DNA from: Mobula hypostoma
Taxonomy: Eukaryota
Length of the DNA: 64,000 nucleotides
Assembly: GCF_963921235.1 (NCBI RefSeq)
Contig: NC_086097.1
Location: forward strand, 67,954,001 to 68,018,000
Reading direction: 5' to 3'
Both the position numbers and the translations under genes were made by a program. A model generated the notes under the pieces. It had not been told where the DNA came from, did no database searches, and saw only the letters and a list, made by a program, of their open reading frames with translations. Positions 47,831 to 60,117 of the stretch are shown here, piece by piece; the first letter of the stretch is position 1; each line of letters starts with the position of its first letter.

Positions 47831-49699
47831 TAGTTAAATTTAATTTAAATTACATTCTTCAGGGCACATTCATATTTAAATATTGATGTGTTCTTGATTA
47901 GTCAGGGCATCAAACGTTACAGGAAGAAGGCAGAGAATGGGGTACAGAGGGAAAATAAATTAGCCATGGTCAAATGGTGGAGAGGACTCAATCGGCTGAA
48001 TGGTTTAATTCTGCCCCTATATCTTATGGTCTTACTGGAGGACACACGTTTTCACCACGAGGGGTGAAGTTTAAGAGAGATCTGCAGGACAGGTTTTATA
48101 CTTTTATTAATTTGCAATGTCCACATTTTTAAACAGCTATTGAACAATTGCAGACACATTGCCAAAGCACATTGGACAGGAAATTAAGTTTAATTTGGAA
48201 TTTTGTTCAGCCAATTGGCCTGTCCCTCTGCTGTACTGTTCAGTGTTCTATAGTCTTTGAACTTTGGCAGGTGAGTGCTGTAAACAAGGTTTATTGGACA
48301 GTGACCTGGGCTTGTATTGCATTTGGAAGGCCATGGCATATCAAGAGATATTCAGTGATCCAGAGGTCTCTGATATTCTCATGGCAGTGCATGTAGATCT
48401 TCATGTCTTGAGCCAAATTTGGGGAAGGAATAAGCAGCCCATGCTCTTGCTAATAATGAATAACTTCTACTTGCAGTAATACTACTTATGACTGGACATC
48501 CCATAGAAGTTTCTTTTCCTTCTATAATATTTCTTTAAAATATATATATCTGATTACATTTTCTGGCTGATCTTCATTGTATAACACTATCTCTTTTTTT
48601 TACCCCCGTTTCCCTTCAGACCTATTTGATGTACAGTATCTTGAAATTTTCAACAAATGACTCAACGTAATTATAAGATGTTGTGTGAACACCAGTGGAA
48701 CTGTTCTTCAGTGATGTGATATTTGTTTCTGAAATAAATTCAAAGAAATCAAGAGAAATTTATGCAGATATTGCTATCTGAGGCAATGAATCAATACTGA
48801 ATTTGGTTAATAAAGCTCTATTATCACTGACCTGTTTCAGGGAAGTTCTTTTAGCTGCAGTTCCATTTCCCACCCTTGAATCTCTTTTACCCCCAATGTT
48901 TCAAGTTCATTCTATGTATTTTCAAGATATGGCAGAAGCACCTTATACCACAATGGCCACAGGACCAAATGATCACCCAGGTGAAGTGGTGAGCAGTTAT
49001 GGTCTAGAAATAGTAGTGCCTCTAGCCAAACTGTACCAATATAGATATACCACTGCTATCTACCCAAAAAAGAGTACAAAATTTTCCAGATAGATCCAAT
49101 GCACAAAAAAATGCAGATTTAAAATGACTAATCAGTGTCCTTTCTATCTTTGATCAGCTGCAAAGTAAAGAACTTACTCACCAGTGACCTGATCATTCTT
49201 GGTCATTTTGGGTTTTAGCAGGCCACTTGGATCTGGACCTCAATTCATATTTTTATGCAAACTTAGACAAGTGCCACATACCACAGAGGAGGTGAGAGTG
49301 TTGACCTTTGATATTGACGCAGTGCTTAATCAAATGCGTAATCTAGAGTAGTAGTAAAATTTGAAGAGGAAACTCTCCATTGGCCATGTGAATGTGGTTT
49401 CTGAAGCTTAATAACATCAGCCTTAAGAAATTACTGAAGAAAATCTTAATAATCACTGCAGAAGTTCCTAATTCATAAGATTAAAAATGGGTTGTTCACT
49501 GATCAATGCTCAGCTCCATTTGAAATTTTTCCAAACATGAAACAACCTGTGCTTGAATAAAGGAAGATTAGGCCATGGGCCAGTAATATCTGTGGCACAA
49601 ATATTCCAGGCAAGACCATTCCACCATCTAACCATTTTCTCCTAATGTACATTGGTTATATTCCCATTAATGCATGTATTTGTGTAATTGGACATTGTA

Positions 49700-51400
49700 A
49701 GGTAACACAAGTAGGAAATTTCAATTTTCCCAGTACTGACCAGGTGACCCAGAGTGCAAAGAGTGTGGATGGGGCAGAATTTGTGTGGTGCATCCAAGAC
49801 AGTTTCTGCATGCAATATATAATGGAACCTATTTGGGAAGTAAGAATACTGGGCCTCCTCTCAAGGAATGATGTTGCTTAGCAACTGAAGTGTCAGTTGG
49901 GGAGCACTATGGGTCCAGTGACCACAATTCTATTGGATATAGTTAAAATAGTTATGGAAATAGATAGAACAAGTCCACAGGTTAAAGGCCTTATCTGGAC
50001 CATCAGGCAGAATCTAGCGGAGATCAACTGGCTGACAAGTGGAAGGTTTTTAAAGGTGTATATCAAGTGTCTCAGGGTGGCATGTTCCTGTTAGAGTGAA
50101 GGATAGATGGGTTCAGGGAATCCTGACTTTGTGGCTTTGGTAGGGAAAAACAAGGAAGCGATTTAGGCAGCTGGGTACAAATGAATCTCTCAATGAATAT
50201 AAAAAGTTCAAGACCAGGCTTAAGTAGGAAATCAAGAGGCAAACTAAGGGTATGAGATGGACTTGGCAGGCAGGGTTATAGATAATCCCAGGAGGTTTTT
50301 CAGTTATAGAGAATTAATAGTTGAAGTTGACCAGGGAGAGACTAGGCCCTCAGGACACGATTGCAATTTTTATGTCCATTTCTCCTCAATGTTTACCAGG
50401 GAGGGCACTATGAACACCAAAGACACGAGGATAATAAGTACTGAGGTCTTAGAGCATATACACTTTATGAGGAAGGAAGTACTTGCAGTTTTAAAGGGTA
50501 TTAAGCTGGACAAATCCCCAGGGTCTGACCAAGTGTGCCCCTGGACCTTTTGGGAAAGGAGGGAAGAAATTACAGAGACCTATGTGGAGACTTTTGCATT
50601 GTCGTTAGCCACTGGCAAATTTCTAAACAACTGACAGGTGGCTAATGCTGTTCATTGAAGATATGCGTCAAGGAATTACAGGCCAATGAGTCTGACTTCA
50701 GTTGTAGGAAAGTTACTGGAGGGAATTATGAGGGACAAGATCTACCATTACTTGGATAGTAAACTCTGACCAGGAATAGCCAGCATGGTTTGTGCATGGG
50801 ATGTCATGGCTGATGAGTCTTTCGGAGACTTTTGAAAGGGTAACTAAGAGAGATGAAGGTAGGGCAGTGTACGTTGTGTATGTATGGCCCTGCATAGCAG
50901 ATTAATGTGTAAGATTAGGTCACTCGGGATTCAGAAGGAGCTAGTAAAGTGGATTTAGAATTAGTTTGACGTTAGGAAATAGAGGGTGATGGTTGAAGTC
51001 CAATTCTCCTACTGGATGCCTGTGACTGGTGGACTCTCCCAGGGGTCAATGTTCTGTTACTCATAATTTATGCAAATGATTTGGATATGCATGTGCATGG
51101 CACATTTAGCAAGTTTGCTGATGCTACTAAATAAAGGCGTATTGTTGATAATGAAGCAAAAAGATCTTGAATTGTTAAAGAGATGGGTTGAGAAATGGCA
51201 AGTGGATTTCAAATTAGGTAAGTGTTAGGCATTGCATCTTGGACATTCAAAAGAGTGTAGGACATGTTTCATGAATTGCAAGGTACTGGTATCATGAAAA
51301 GGGAGTTGAAGTGCACAGTTTGCTAAAAGTGACTGTAAAATTAGATGGGAAGGTTACGAAGGCATTTAGCATGCAGGCCTTCATTTGTCAGGGCATCGAG
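49700..51400 (+). mobile_element. CR1 ORF2, decayed
   Basis: ORFs 49645 (GNFNFP), 50257 (NPRRFFSY..IKLDKSPG.D), 'NYRPMSLTSVVGKLLEGI' and 'SKFAD'. Confidence 0.85.
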
Positions 51401-53500
51401 TTCAGAATCAGTATCAGATTTAACATCACTGGAATATCTCACGAAATGTGTTATTCTGAAGCAACAGTACATTGTAATACATAATAAAAAACAAATTATA
51501 ATAAGAAATTTACTACATATACACATTAAATTAAACAACTAGTTCAAAAACAGAGCAATGAAAAGGAAGTGAGGTAGTGTACATGGGTTCATTCTCCATA
51601 TAGAAATACGATAGTGGAGGGGGAAAAGCAGTTATAAATATAATAAAAGCAGTTCCTGAAACGTTGAGTGTATGTCCTTAGGCTCCTGTACCTCCTCCTT
51701 GATGGTAGCAATGGGAAGGGTGCACATCTTGGGTGATGGTGGTCATGAATGACCGATGCCACCTTTATGAGGCGTTGCTGTTTAGACCACAAGACATAAG
51801 AACAGAACTAGGCCATTAGAGTCTGCTTTGCCATTCCATCATGGCTGATTTATTATCCCTCTCAACCCCATTCTCCTGCATTTTCCTCATAACCTTTGGT
51901 ATCCTGACTATTCAAGAATCTAGCAACCTCTGCGTTAAATATCCCCAATTACTTGGTCCCCATAGCGGTCTGTAGCAATGAATTCCTCAAATTAACTGCC
52001 CTCTGGTTAAAGAAATTCCTTCTTATCTCTGTTCTAAATACTTGTCCCTCTATTCTGAGGCTGCGCCCTCTGGTCCTAAAATCACCCACTATAGGAAGCA
52101 TCCTCTCCACATCTACTCTATCTAGGCCTCTCAATATTTGATTTCCCCGTCCTGGTCCACAATCAATTCCTTGGTCTTACTGAAACTGAGTGCAAGGTGT
52201 AACTTTTGTACACCTACTCATCACCATCTGAAATTCTGTCAACAACAGCTGTGTCATTAACAAATTTCTAAATGCTGTTTGTGCTGTGCATAGCCACACA
52301 GTCACAGTGTGTAGAGAGAGCAGAGCTGTGGTCTAAGCAGACATTCTTGAGGTGTGCCAATGCTGACTGTCAGCAAGGAACAGATTTTATTTCCGATCTA
52401 CACTCACTGTGGTCTCCTGGTGAGGAAGTTAAGGATCCAGTTGCAGAGAGAAGTACAGAGGCCCAGGTTTCAGAGCTTGTTGATTAGTATTGAGGGGATG
52501 ATGGTGTTCAATGCTGAGCGGTAATCAATAAACAGCATGTGGATCCAAGAGCATGTGGAGAGCCAGTGAGATTGCATCCACCATTGACCTATGGAGGAGA
52601 TAGTTAAATTGCAGCGGGTTCAGTTCCTTCCTTAGGCAGGGATTGATTCTAGTCATGCCCACCCTCTCAAAGCGTTTCATCACAGCGGGTGTGAGTGCAA
52701 CTGGGAGATAGTCATTGATGCAGCTCACCTTGTGCACTGGTATGACTGTCGCCCCTTCAAAGCAGGTGGGTATCTCTGACAGATTGCACATGTCCTTGAC
52801 CATGTTCACCAGTTGGTTGACACCGGTTTTCAGTGCCTGACCAAGTACACCATTAGTGCCTGATGCTTTGTGAAGGCTTACCCTCATGAAAGATATTCTG
52901 ACATTACCCTCCTCAGGGTCACTGGATGCTGCAGGGATTTGCACAGATGTAGCTTTATTCTTCTTTCAAAACATGCACAAAAGGCATTTAGCTCATCTGG
53001 GGGTGAAGCATCACAGACTTTCATGATGTTAGGTTTTGGTTTGGAGGAAATAATGGCCTGCAAACCCTAACAGAGCTAAAGTGCATCCAATTCCATCTCT
53101 AACCTCAATCAGAATTGTTTTTTCACTCTTAAAAATAGCCTTCCATAGGTCATACCTGGAATTCTTGTATAGTTCAGGATCACCAATACTGAATGTCACA
53201 GATCTAGCCCTCAGCAGACTATGAATCTCCCCGTTCATCCACGGGTTTAGGCTTTGATACATCCAGTATGTTCTCAAGGGCACACACTCATCCACACAGG
53301 TCTTGCTGAAGTAGTTGAAGGTGAATCCCTGAGTAATGTTCAGTCCACCGATTCAATGTAGTCCTGCAAGTGCTTCTCCATCTCCCTTGATCATACCTTC
53401 TCGGCCCTCATCACTGGTGCTACGGTCTTTAGTTTCTGCCTATACGTTGGGAGTTAAAGTGATCATGTTTTCCAGAGTGGAGGTGAACACATAAAGTGCG
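51400..53500 (-). mobile_element. Rex1/Babar-type LINE with nested CR1 tail
   Basis: ORFs 51589-51792 (PLLPSRRRYRSL), 52525-52944 (NDYLPVALTP.VMK.FER..LNPLQF) and 53029-53295. A (tcagaa)n tail lies at the left end. Confidence 0.85.
51786..52145 (-). mobile_element. CR1 3' end (5'-truncated)
   Basis: ORF 51949-52134 (RGLDRVDVER..FRTEIRRNFFNQR) and an (accacaag/acataag) tail. Confidence 0.9.
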
Positions 53501-53509
53501 TCTTTAGGA

Positions 53510-55455
53510 GTCAGAATCAGGACCAGACTTATTGTCACTGACTTACATCAGAAAGTTGTTGTTTTGCCACAGAAGTACAGTGCAACATATTAAAAATTTC
53601 CAAGTAAACGATAAGGAATAGAAAAGATGAATAAGTAGCACAAAAAGAGAGCAAAATACTGAGCTAATATTCAGGGATTCATGGACCATCCACAAATCTG
53701 ATGGCAGAGGGGAAGAAGCTGTTCCTAAAACACTGTGTGCATCTTCAGACTCCTGATGGTAGTAACAAGAAGAGGGCATGCCTCGGGTGTGCATTCCTTA
53801 ATGATGGATGGTGCTTCTTTGAGGCATCTCCTTTTGAAGAAGGTCTCGATAGTGGGGAGGTTGGTAGAATTTACACAAGAAAGGAAAGTGGAACCAGTTA
53901 AGTGAAGTAAGTGTGTATAGGAGCCTCCATACAAAAAAATGATGCAACCAGTTAGAATGCTTTCTGCAGTATATCTGTGAAATTTGCTAGACTCTCTGGT
54001 GACATGCCAAATCTCCTCAAACTCCTAGTGAAATATATCTGCTATTATTGTATCAATATATTGGGCCCAAGATAGATCTTTAGAGATGTTGGCACCCAGG
54101 AACTTAAAGCTGCTCACTCATTCCACTGCTAACCTCTCGATGAGGACTGGTGTGAGTTTGCCCAACTTCCCCTTTGTGAGTCTATATTCAATTCCTTTAT
54201 CTTACTGACGTTGAGTGAAAGGTTGTTGTTGTGACATCATTCAACCAGCTGATCTATCTCACTCCTGTACGCCTTCGTGTCACATCTGAGATTCTGTAAA
54301 CAACAGTTGTGTAATTCATGAATTTATAGATGACGTTTGATCCGTGCCTAGCCACACAGTCATGAGTGTAGAGAGAGTACAGCTGCAGGCGAAGCATCCT
54401 TAAGGTTTGCCTGTGTTGAATGTCAGCAGAGAAGAGATGATCATTTCCATCTGCATTGACTGTGTAGGTAGAGATCCAGGTTTTGAAGCTTGTTGATTAT
54501 AAGGGGATGATTGTGTTGAGTGTTGAGCTGAAATCAATAATCAGCAGCCTGAGGTAGGTATTGTCTAGGTGGTCCACAAATGAAGAGCCAGAAAATTGCA
54601 TCCTCTGTACACCTATTGTGGTGGTAGGCAATTGCAGCGGATCCAGGTCCTTGCTCAGACAGGAGCTAGTGCTGGCCATGACCAACCTTTCAAAGCACTT
54701 CATCACAGTAGATATGAATGCTACTGGGTGATAGTTGCTTTTCTTGGGCATAGGTATGATTGATGCCCAGGAATCTCTGACTGCAGCAGTGAGAGATTGA
54801 AGATCTCCTTGAACACTGCAGCCAGTTGGTTGGCGCAGGTTTTCAGTGTCCTGCTAGGTACACTATCGAGGCCTCACAGCTTATGAGCTTTCACCCTCTT
54901 GAATGATGTTCTGATGTCGGCCTCTGTGGCAGATATTACAGGGCTGCAGGAATTCGCACAGGTGTAATTTTACTCTCCCTTTCAAAGCAATCATGAGAGG
55001 TGTTCAGCTCATTGGGAAGTGAAGCATCATAGCCATCTATCATGTTAAATTTCATCACTTAGGAAGTAATGGCCTGCAAACCCTGTTGTAGTTGACGTGC
55101 ATCCGATTCAGACTCTAACTTCACTTGGAATTACTTTTTCACTCTTAAGATAGTCTTCCATAGGCTGTACCTGGATTCTTGTAGAATTCCGGATCACCAG
55201 TCTTGAACACCATACATCTAGCCCTCAGAAGAATGTGAATCTCTCTGTTCATCCATGGCTTGAGTACGTCTGCTATGTTCTCAAAGCACACACTCACCCA
55301 CGCAGTCTTAATGAAGTCAGCGATAACTGTGGCATATACATTCTTACCTGAAGAAGAATCCCTGTATATGGTCCAGACCATGATTCAAAGCAGTCCTGTA
55401 AGTTCTCCTTCATCCCAGCCGCCCCATCCCCCTGACCACACCTTCACCAATGAGG
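53510..55455 (-). mobile_element. Second Rex1/Babar-type LINE
   Basis: ORFs 54497-54751 (YHPVA..STVMKCFERLV..LDPLQ..IDFSS..NTIIP) and 55145-55381 (KPWMNREI). A tcagaatcag tail lies at the left end. Confidence 0.85.
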
Positions 55456-55479
55456 AACATTTGCATAAGTGGTTGGTGA

Positions 55480-55990
55480 ATGTGGGAGGGTGGGAGAGGC
55501 TTCAAAGAAATTTATAAAATTATGAGGGGTATGGGTAAGGTGAATTGTCATAGTCTTTTCCTCATGGTTGGTGAGCCCAACAGTAGAGGGCACTGGTATA
55601 AGGTATGTTGGATGAGACTTAAAAGAGATCTGAGAGATAACTTCTTTATACAGAGGATAGTGAGTACTTGGAATGAGCTGCCAGAGGAAGTGGTTGAGAT
55701 GGGTATATTTGAAACATTTAAGAGGTATTTGTATAGGTAAATGGATGGGAGGAGTTTCGAGGGTATGGGCATAATGTGGGCAACTGGGTCTAGCAGGGAG
55801 GATACTGTGTTGGCATGGACTGATTCATGTTGTATTACCTTGCAACTGCGTCTAGCAGGGAAGATACTGTGTTAGAACCATAGAACCATAGAACATTACA
55901 GCACAGAAACAGGCCTTTTGGCCCTTCTTGGCTGTGCCAAACCATTGGTTGGCATGGACTGATTTGTGCTGTATTACCTTGCAACTCTAT
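55480..55990 (+). mobile_element. CR1 3' end with local duplication and a nested mini-CR1 tail
   Basis: ORF 55480-55740 (EIYKIMRG..RGH..FFIQRIV..WNELPEEVV). An (agaaccat)n mini-insert lies at ~55874-55947. Confidence 0.85.
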
Positions 55991-56829
55991 AACTAAAATA
56001 TTGAAGCTTACCATTGACGAGAAACTAAACTGGTTCAGCCAACTGAATCTTCTGCTAGATCAGTAGGTTAGTCACTGGGTACTTTGCATTGTGTTAGTTA
56101 TATTTCTGTCTCTTCAAATTACTTATTTCATCAAAAATACACAGCCACGCAGAATACTGCCTGGGTGAGTGTGGCTCCGATACTAGTCAGTAAATTCAAC
56201 AGAATCCAAGGCAAAGCGGACCACATTTGCACCCCGTGTCCTATCCTTCACAATTCCTCCTTCTGCCAATGCTGTATTGTGACAGCAGCACGTTCCACCT
56301 GCAAAATGCACAGCAGGGCATCTTGCCGAGGCTTTTTCAATAGTTCTCCCAAGTCCACGGCGTCAACCACCTAGAAGCATGAAGGTTAGTAGACACGAGA
56401 ATCTGGTTACCAGAAAATTCTACCTTAAAGTACACACCGTAATGATTTGTAAAATATGTTATCATGCTTTTCTCATTACTATTGAGTGTAAACATTGGAA
56501 CAACATGAACCAGGATTGTGGGAGACCCAATACCACAAGGACTCTGTGTGCAAGGAGACAGTTCATCAGTACTACCTTAGTGACAATTGGAGAGGAGCAA
56601 TAGACAATGTTCATATTCTATAAGTGAATGAAATCAAATGCATAGAAACTTTACCAGATATGGTTTGCAACCTTTCAAAACTTGAAAGAATTTTGAACAA
56701 AATTTGAATTCACATATGTGAAGCATCACATATAGAGCACATTTGGAATAAATAGAATAATTTATCATACAGTTCTTGCTTTTTTTCTAACTAATGCATA
56801 TTTTATTTACCTTTTCTTGTGTGCAAGAT

Positions 56830-58260
56830 CTTTCATAAAGATATAGGTATGATTAATACCAAACTAGCAGGCTCCATCAGGTTCAAAAGACTATGGATGT
56901 ACCCTCCAAAAGGTATGGGTGTGATGATTTAGACTTAATTTGACTCTCAGTCTCCTGCATGGCTATCTCTTTGAATCCGTGCCAATTATTTTATCTGAAC
57001 TAAGGAAACAAAAATACTTCACCTTTAATAATCTCAATTTATAAACATACATCTTTAAGTCTTTCTTTACTTCTTCTGCACTTTTAAGTATTTTAAACTC
57101 AATACTAATTTGTTCCCTTAGTAGATTATTAATAATAAAAACAGCTAGAAAAACCTCTCAGTAAAATTTTTCTTTGTCTAATACTGTCTCTTAGATTTAA
57201 TTTCTTCTTCAATTCACTAGACATTCCACCAAAAGTCTATTACTTATCTATTTCCATTTTATCATCTTTCATTTCTTCAGTCAATTAATCTGAAACAAAT
57301 GTAAGGTTTGTTGACTACCATTTTTGCACAGTACATTGGCTCAATATCTAGATTGAACAGAGCAACTATTCCCCAAGGATCCTGCCCAGAGAAACCTTGA
57401 CATCCACAAAGTCAGGCCTAGACAAAGTTGCCCTGTTGAGAACGATAAGGTCACCCGTGGGATTGCTGAGATTATCTCTGTCAAGCACTTGGACAGCATG
57501 CAGTCAAATGATGCATCATGCAGTCATTTTAGGGGAAAAAATCAATTTCTTCACCAAGTCGCTATTTGCTTTTCAAAGTGCCCTTGTAAGCTTTTACCTT
57601 CAAGCATTTATCAATTTAAATGCTGTAAATTGATAATGTTCCTATGTGTATTGTGCCATCACCCATTAATACACCAGTTTTGTTTACTTCGCGGTTTTGC
57701 AGCCTTATGTTACTTTATGTTCAAAGATTTACTTACTAAACAGGGAATTAGATTTAAAACAACAACTTTTTTTAAAAAATTACATTCTGAACATGTGAAG
57801 TCTGTTTGTCAGCTTTAAAAATGCAAGGTAGTCTCAGTAGGATGGAGTGAAATGCACTAAATAAACAAATGTGTTATTGGAGCAGCAAAGTTTCTCTACC
57901 TCTGGTAATTTGCTGGCCCACAGCCAAGTATATCAAGAAATTAAATTTTCCTTTATTATTCAAATAAACCACATTTGCCTTCCTGGATCTTTTCAGAAAA
58001 GCTCTTCAAAGAGATCGAGTGCTGTCATGCATTTGACCTTGTACAATATCCTGTGTTGCATTAAATTCCCCAGCATCAACAAATCCACTTTCTCAATTTT
58101 TGATTTTTTTTTAATTCTATCAAAAGGGACAGGAAGTATAACATTCTTCACAGTTAAACCTTCTGTATTTTACATTCAAATAAATTTGGTTTAGTGGAGA
58201 TGATTTATCAAATGGTCAAAATATCCCAGATGTGTCAATTTCTGACAGTTTAATCCAAGC
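56830..58260 (-). mobile_element. Possible ancient L1/Tx1 ORF2 remnant
   Basis: Minus-strand 'AGEFNATQD' (GDFN-like, ~58050-58075) and 'SFEPDG' (KSPGPDG-like, ~56875-56895) occur in the expected EN-to-RT order on an A-rich strand. Confidence 0.4.
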
Positions 58261-58729
58261 CTGCACATATGCTACAGTGGCTGTAGTACTATCGAAAATG
58301 GCCAAAACCCAAAAGCTAATACCTTTTTGGCGAGAATAATGCAATTATTTCCTTCTTCCTTTCAACCTAAGCATACAATGCCATCTGTTACACAAAACAA
58401 ACATGCACATCTCAATTACAGAATAATCAGTTGCTTTGACAGACCTTGGATAGCACTGCTAACTAGACTTGTAGAATTTTATTTTAATCATCATGTCATT
58501 CAGGAGACTCGTAATTAGTGCCTACCTGCCTAAACCAATTAGTTCTTCTTGTTCTAATGCAGTACAATATTTATCAAACATGTAATACATATTTTGAAAT
58601 TTGGAAACGTTTTTGTGTTTAATCATTAATTTGTAATATTTTAACATAAGCTTTTAAGCATCTTTATCACTGCAACATTAACCTCCTTCCAGAGTTTTAA
58701 GCGTCAATCAGTCAACAATGATCATAACA

Positions 58730-59230
58730 ACATAGAAATATAGGGACTAATTTTCAAAATTATTGAACAGTTATGGCTTTTGGTCATTTACTTGTTTCCT
58801 ATATGAACCTGAATATACCTCCTATTTGCCTTATATTTGACAGCCACATATTTTCTGAAAGAATAAGAGGGAGTGTTTCTGAATGGTACTTGGGCACTGG
58901 TAAATGTGCTAGCTATGGATTAGTACCTGGTAACTCATTTCTGCACAGAAGCATGGAAAGGAAGATACCATATCAATTATAGATATAGATTTCCATGAAA
59001 TAAATCGCAGGCATGGAACAATGATGGTGATAGGTAGAAGAGCTACAAAAAGGACCACTAGGTGCCAAATCTCCAGTAAAGCCTTGGTTGTGAATATGGA
59101 TTTTAAAAAAAAGCTCAGTTTCAAAACCAAGGTGAAAGTGACCAACATTGACTGCAAGACTGAATTCAATGATATATGTGACCAAATCATGGCAAAAATA
59201 GAAGTAAGTGGTCATCTTCAACAAGACAGA
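58730..59230 (+). mobile_element. Very old CR1 RT remnant
   Basis: Colinear weak matches: 'SYGLVPGNSFL' ~ SQHGFVPGRSCL, 'IIDIDF' ~ VVYLDF, and 'LVVNM..TKV..IDC...DICDQ' ~ LDVNV..TKI..EDC...DIDQ. Confidence 0.45.
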
Positions 59231-59299
59231 CTTCAACCACTTCCGTCTTTTAATCAATAGCATTGCTATCTCTGAAATCACCCATCCTTAGCCTCCTAA

Positions 59300-59813
59300 A
59301 GGCTGATTTATACTTCTGCGTTAAATCGACGCTGTAGGTATGGCCTAGCCGCGAACCCTACGCAGTGCCTACATGGATCCCTACGCCGTAGCCTGACGCG
59401 CACCTCTCCCAAAATGTAACTATGCGTTGCAGCAACGCAGGCCGCAACAACTGTGATTGGTCCGCTTGGTAGCATTACATTTCCTCCTACGCTGCAATAG
59501 CTTCCCATTGGGCGACTGAAGGGCAGGGAAGGAACTCTGTCTGCAATGCTTTCCATAAAGCTTTACAGACCTCTGAAATTATGGAGGACACATTTCGCTT
59601 TTACGAAAAAAGATGCTCGCTTTAAACTTGTTTACCCCGAGAAAGACTACCATGACCATGAAGCCTTGCACGGGCAGGTGAGTACGCATGCATGACATGC
59701 GTGAATTGCAGGGTGAAACAGACACACCAACACACAAGTATAAATGCTCACAACGGCATTGCCCACTCGCGTAGGCTACGGCGCAAGCTTGACGCACAAG
59801 TATGAATCAGCCT
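59300..59813. mobile_element. PIF/Harbinger-type MITE (514 bp) with TAA TSD
   Basis: TIRs aggctgatttatacttctgcgt / acgcacaagtatgaatcagcct (20/22). TAA lies at 59297-59299 and 59814-59816. The element is CpG-rich, and its empty site is visible in the inverted copy at 61283-61397. Confidence 0.9.
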
Positions 59814-59955
59814 TAAGCTTATCAGTAACTGTAAATTCAGCCTAGCCAATTGTACAAATGCCATGGTTATTGCAGCAGTGAGAGGCTGAGTATTCCAAGC
59901 TAGTGATTCAGTAACAAACTCTCCAAAACCTTTACACTAGCTTGGTATGAGTCAG

Positions 59956-60117
59956 ACACACAAAAAATGCTGGTGAACGCAGCAGGCCAGGCAGCATCAT
60001 TTCGGGCCAAGAACATCGACTGTACCTCTTCCTATAGATGCTGCCTGGTCTGCTGCGTTCACCAGCATTTTATGTGTGTGTTGCTTGAGATTGCAGCATC
60101 TGTAGATTTCCTCGTGT
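59956..60117. mobile_element. 162-bp Penelope-derived fold-back element with 14-bp TSD
   Basis: Inverted arms 59956-59998 and 60037-60079 (41/43). The perfect flanking repeat ttggtatgagtcag lies at 59942-59955 and 60118-60131. Confidence 0.85.

Larger units (their letters stand above)
46895..48035 (+). mobile_element. CR1 3' end split by a Penelope-like fragment and a solo LTR
   Basis: 'agaaattcctttagccaga.ggtagtga.tctgtggaa...catttaaa' resumes at ~47875 and continues to 'atatcttatggtctta'. Confidence 0.75.

Noticed and set aside
49170..49200. Strong minus-strand donor CTG|gtgagtaagt
   Set aside because: It lies in what appears to be an old LINE remnant, with no matching acceptor or open exon.
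56811..56999. Minus-strand exon with good acceptor and donor, possibly starting MKDLAHKKR
   Set aside because: It has stops in all three frames, and it overlaps what looks like a decayed L1-type 'KSPGPDG' region, so it is better explained as an old LINE.
5458..56999. Five-exon minus-strand chain (56.8k-41.5k-25.4k-17.1k-5.5k) giving an open 70-aa peptide
   Set aside because: I built it by choosing sites for phase compatibility, so it is over-fitted. The product resembles nothing I recognise.
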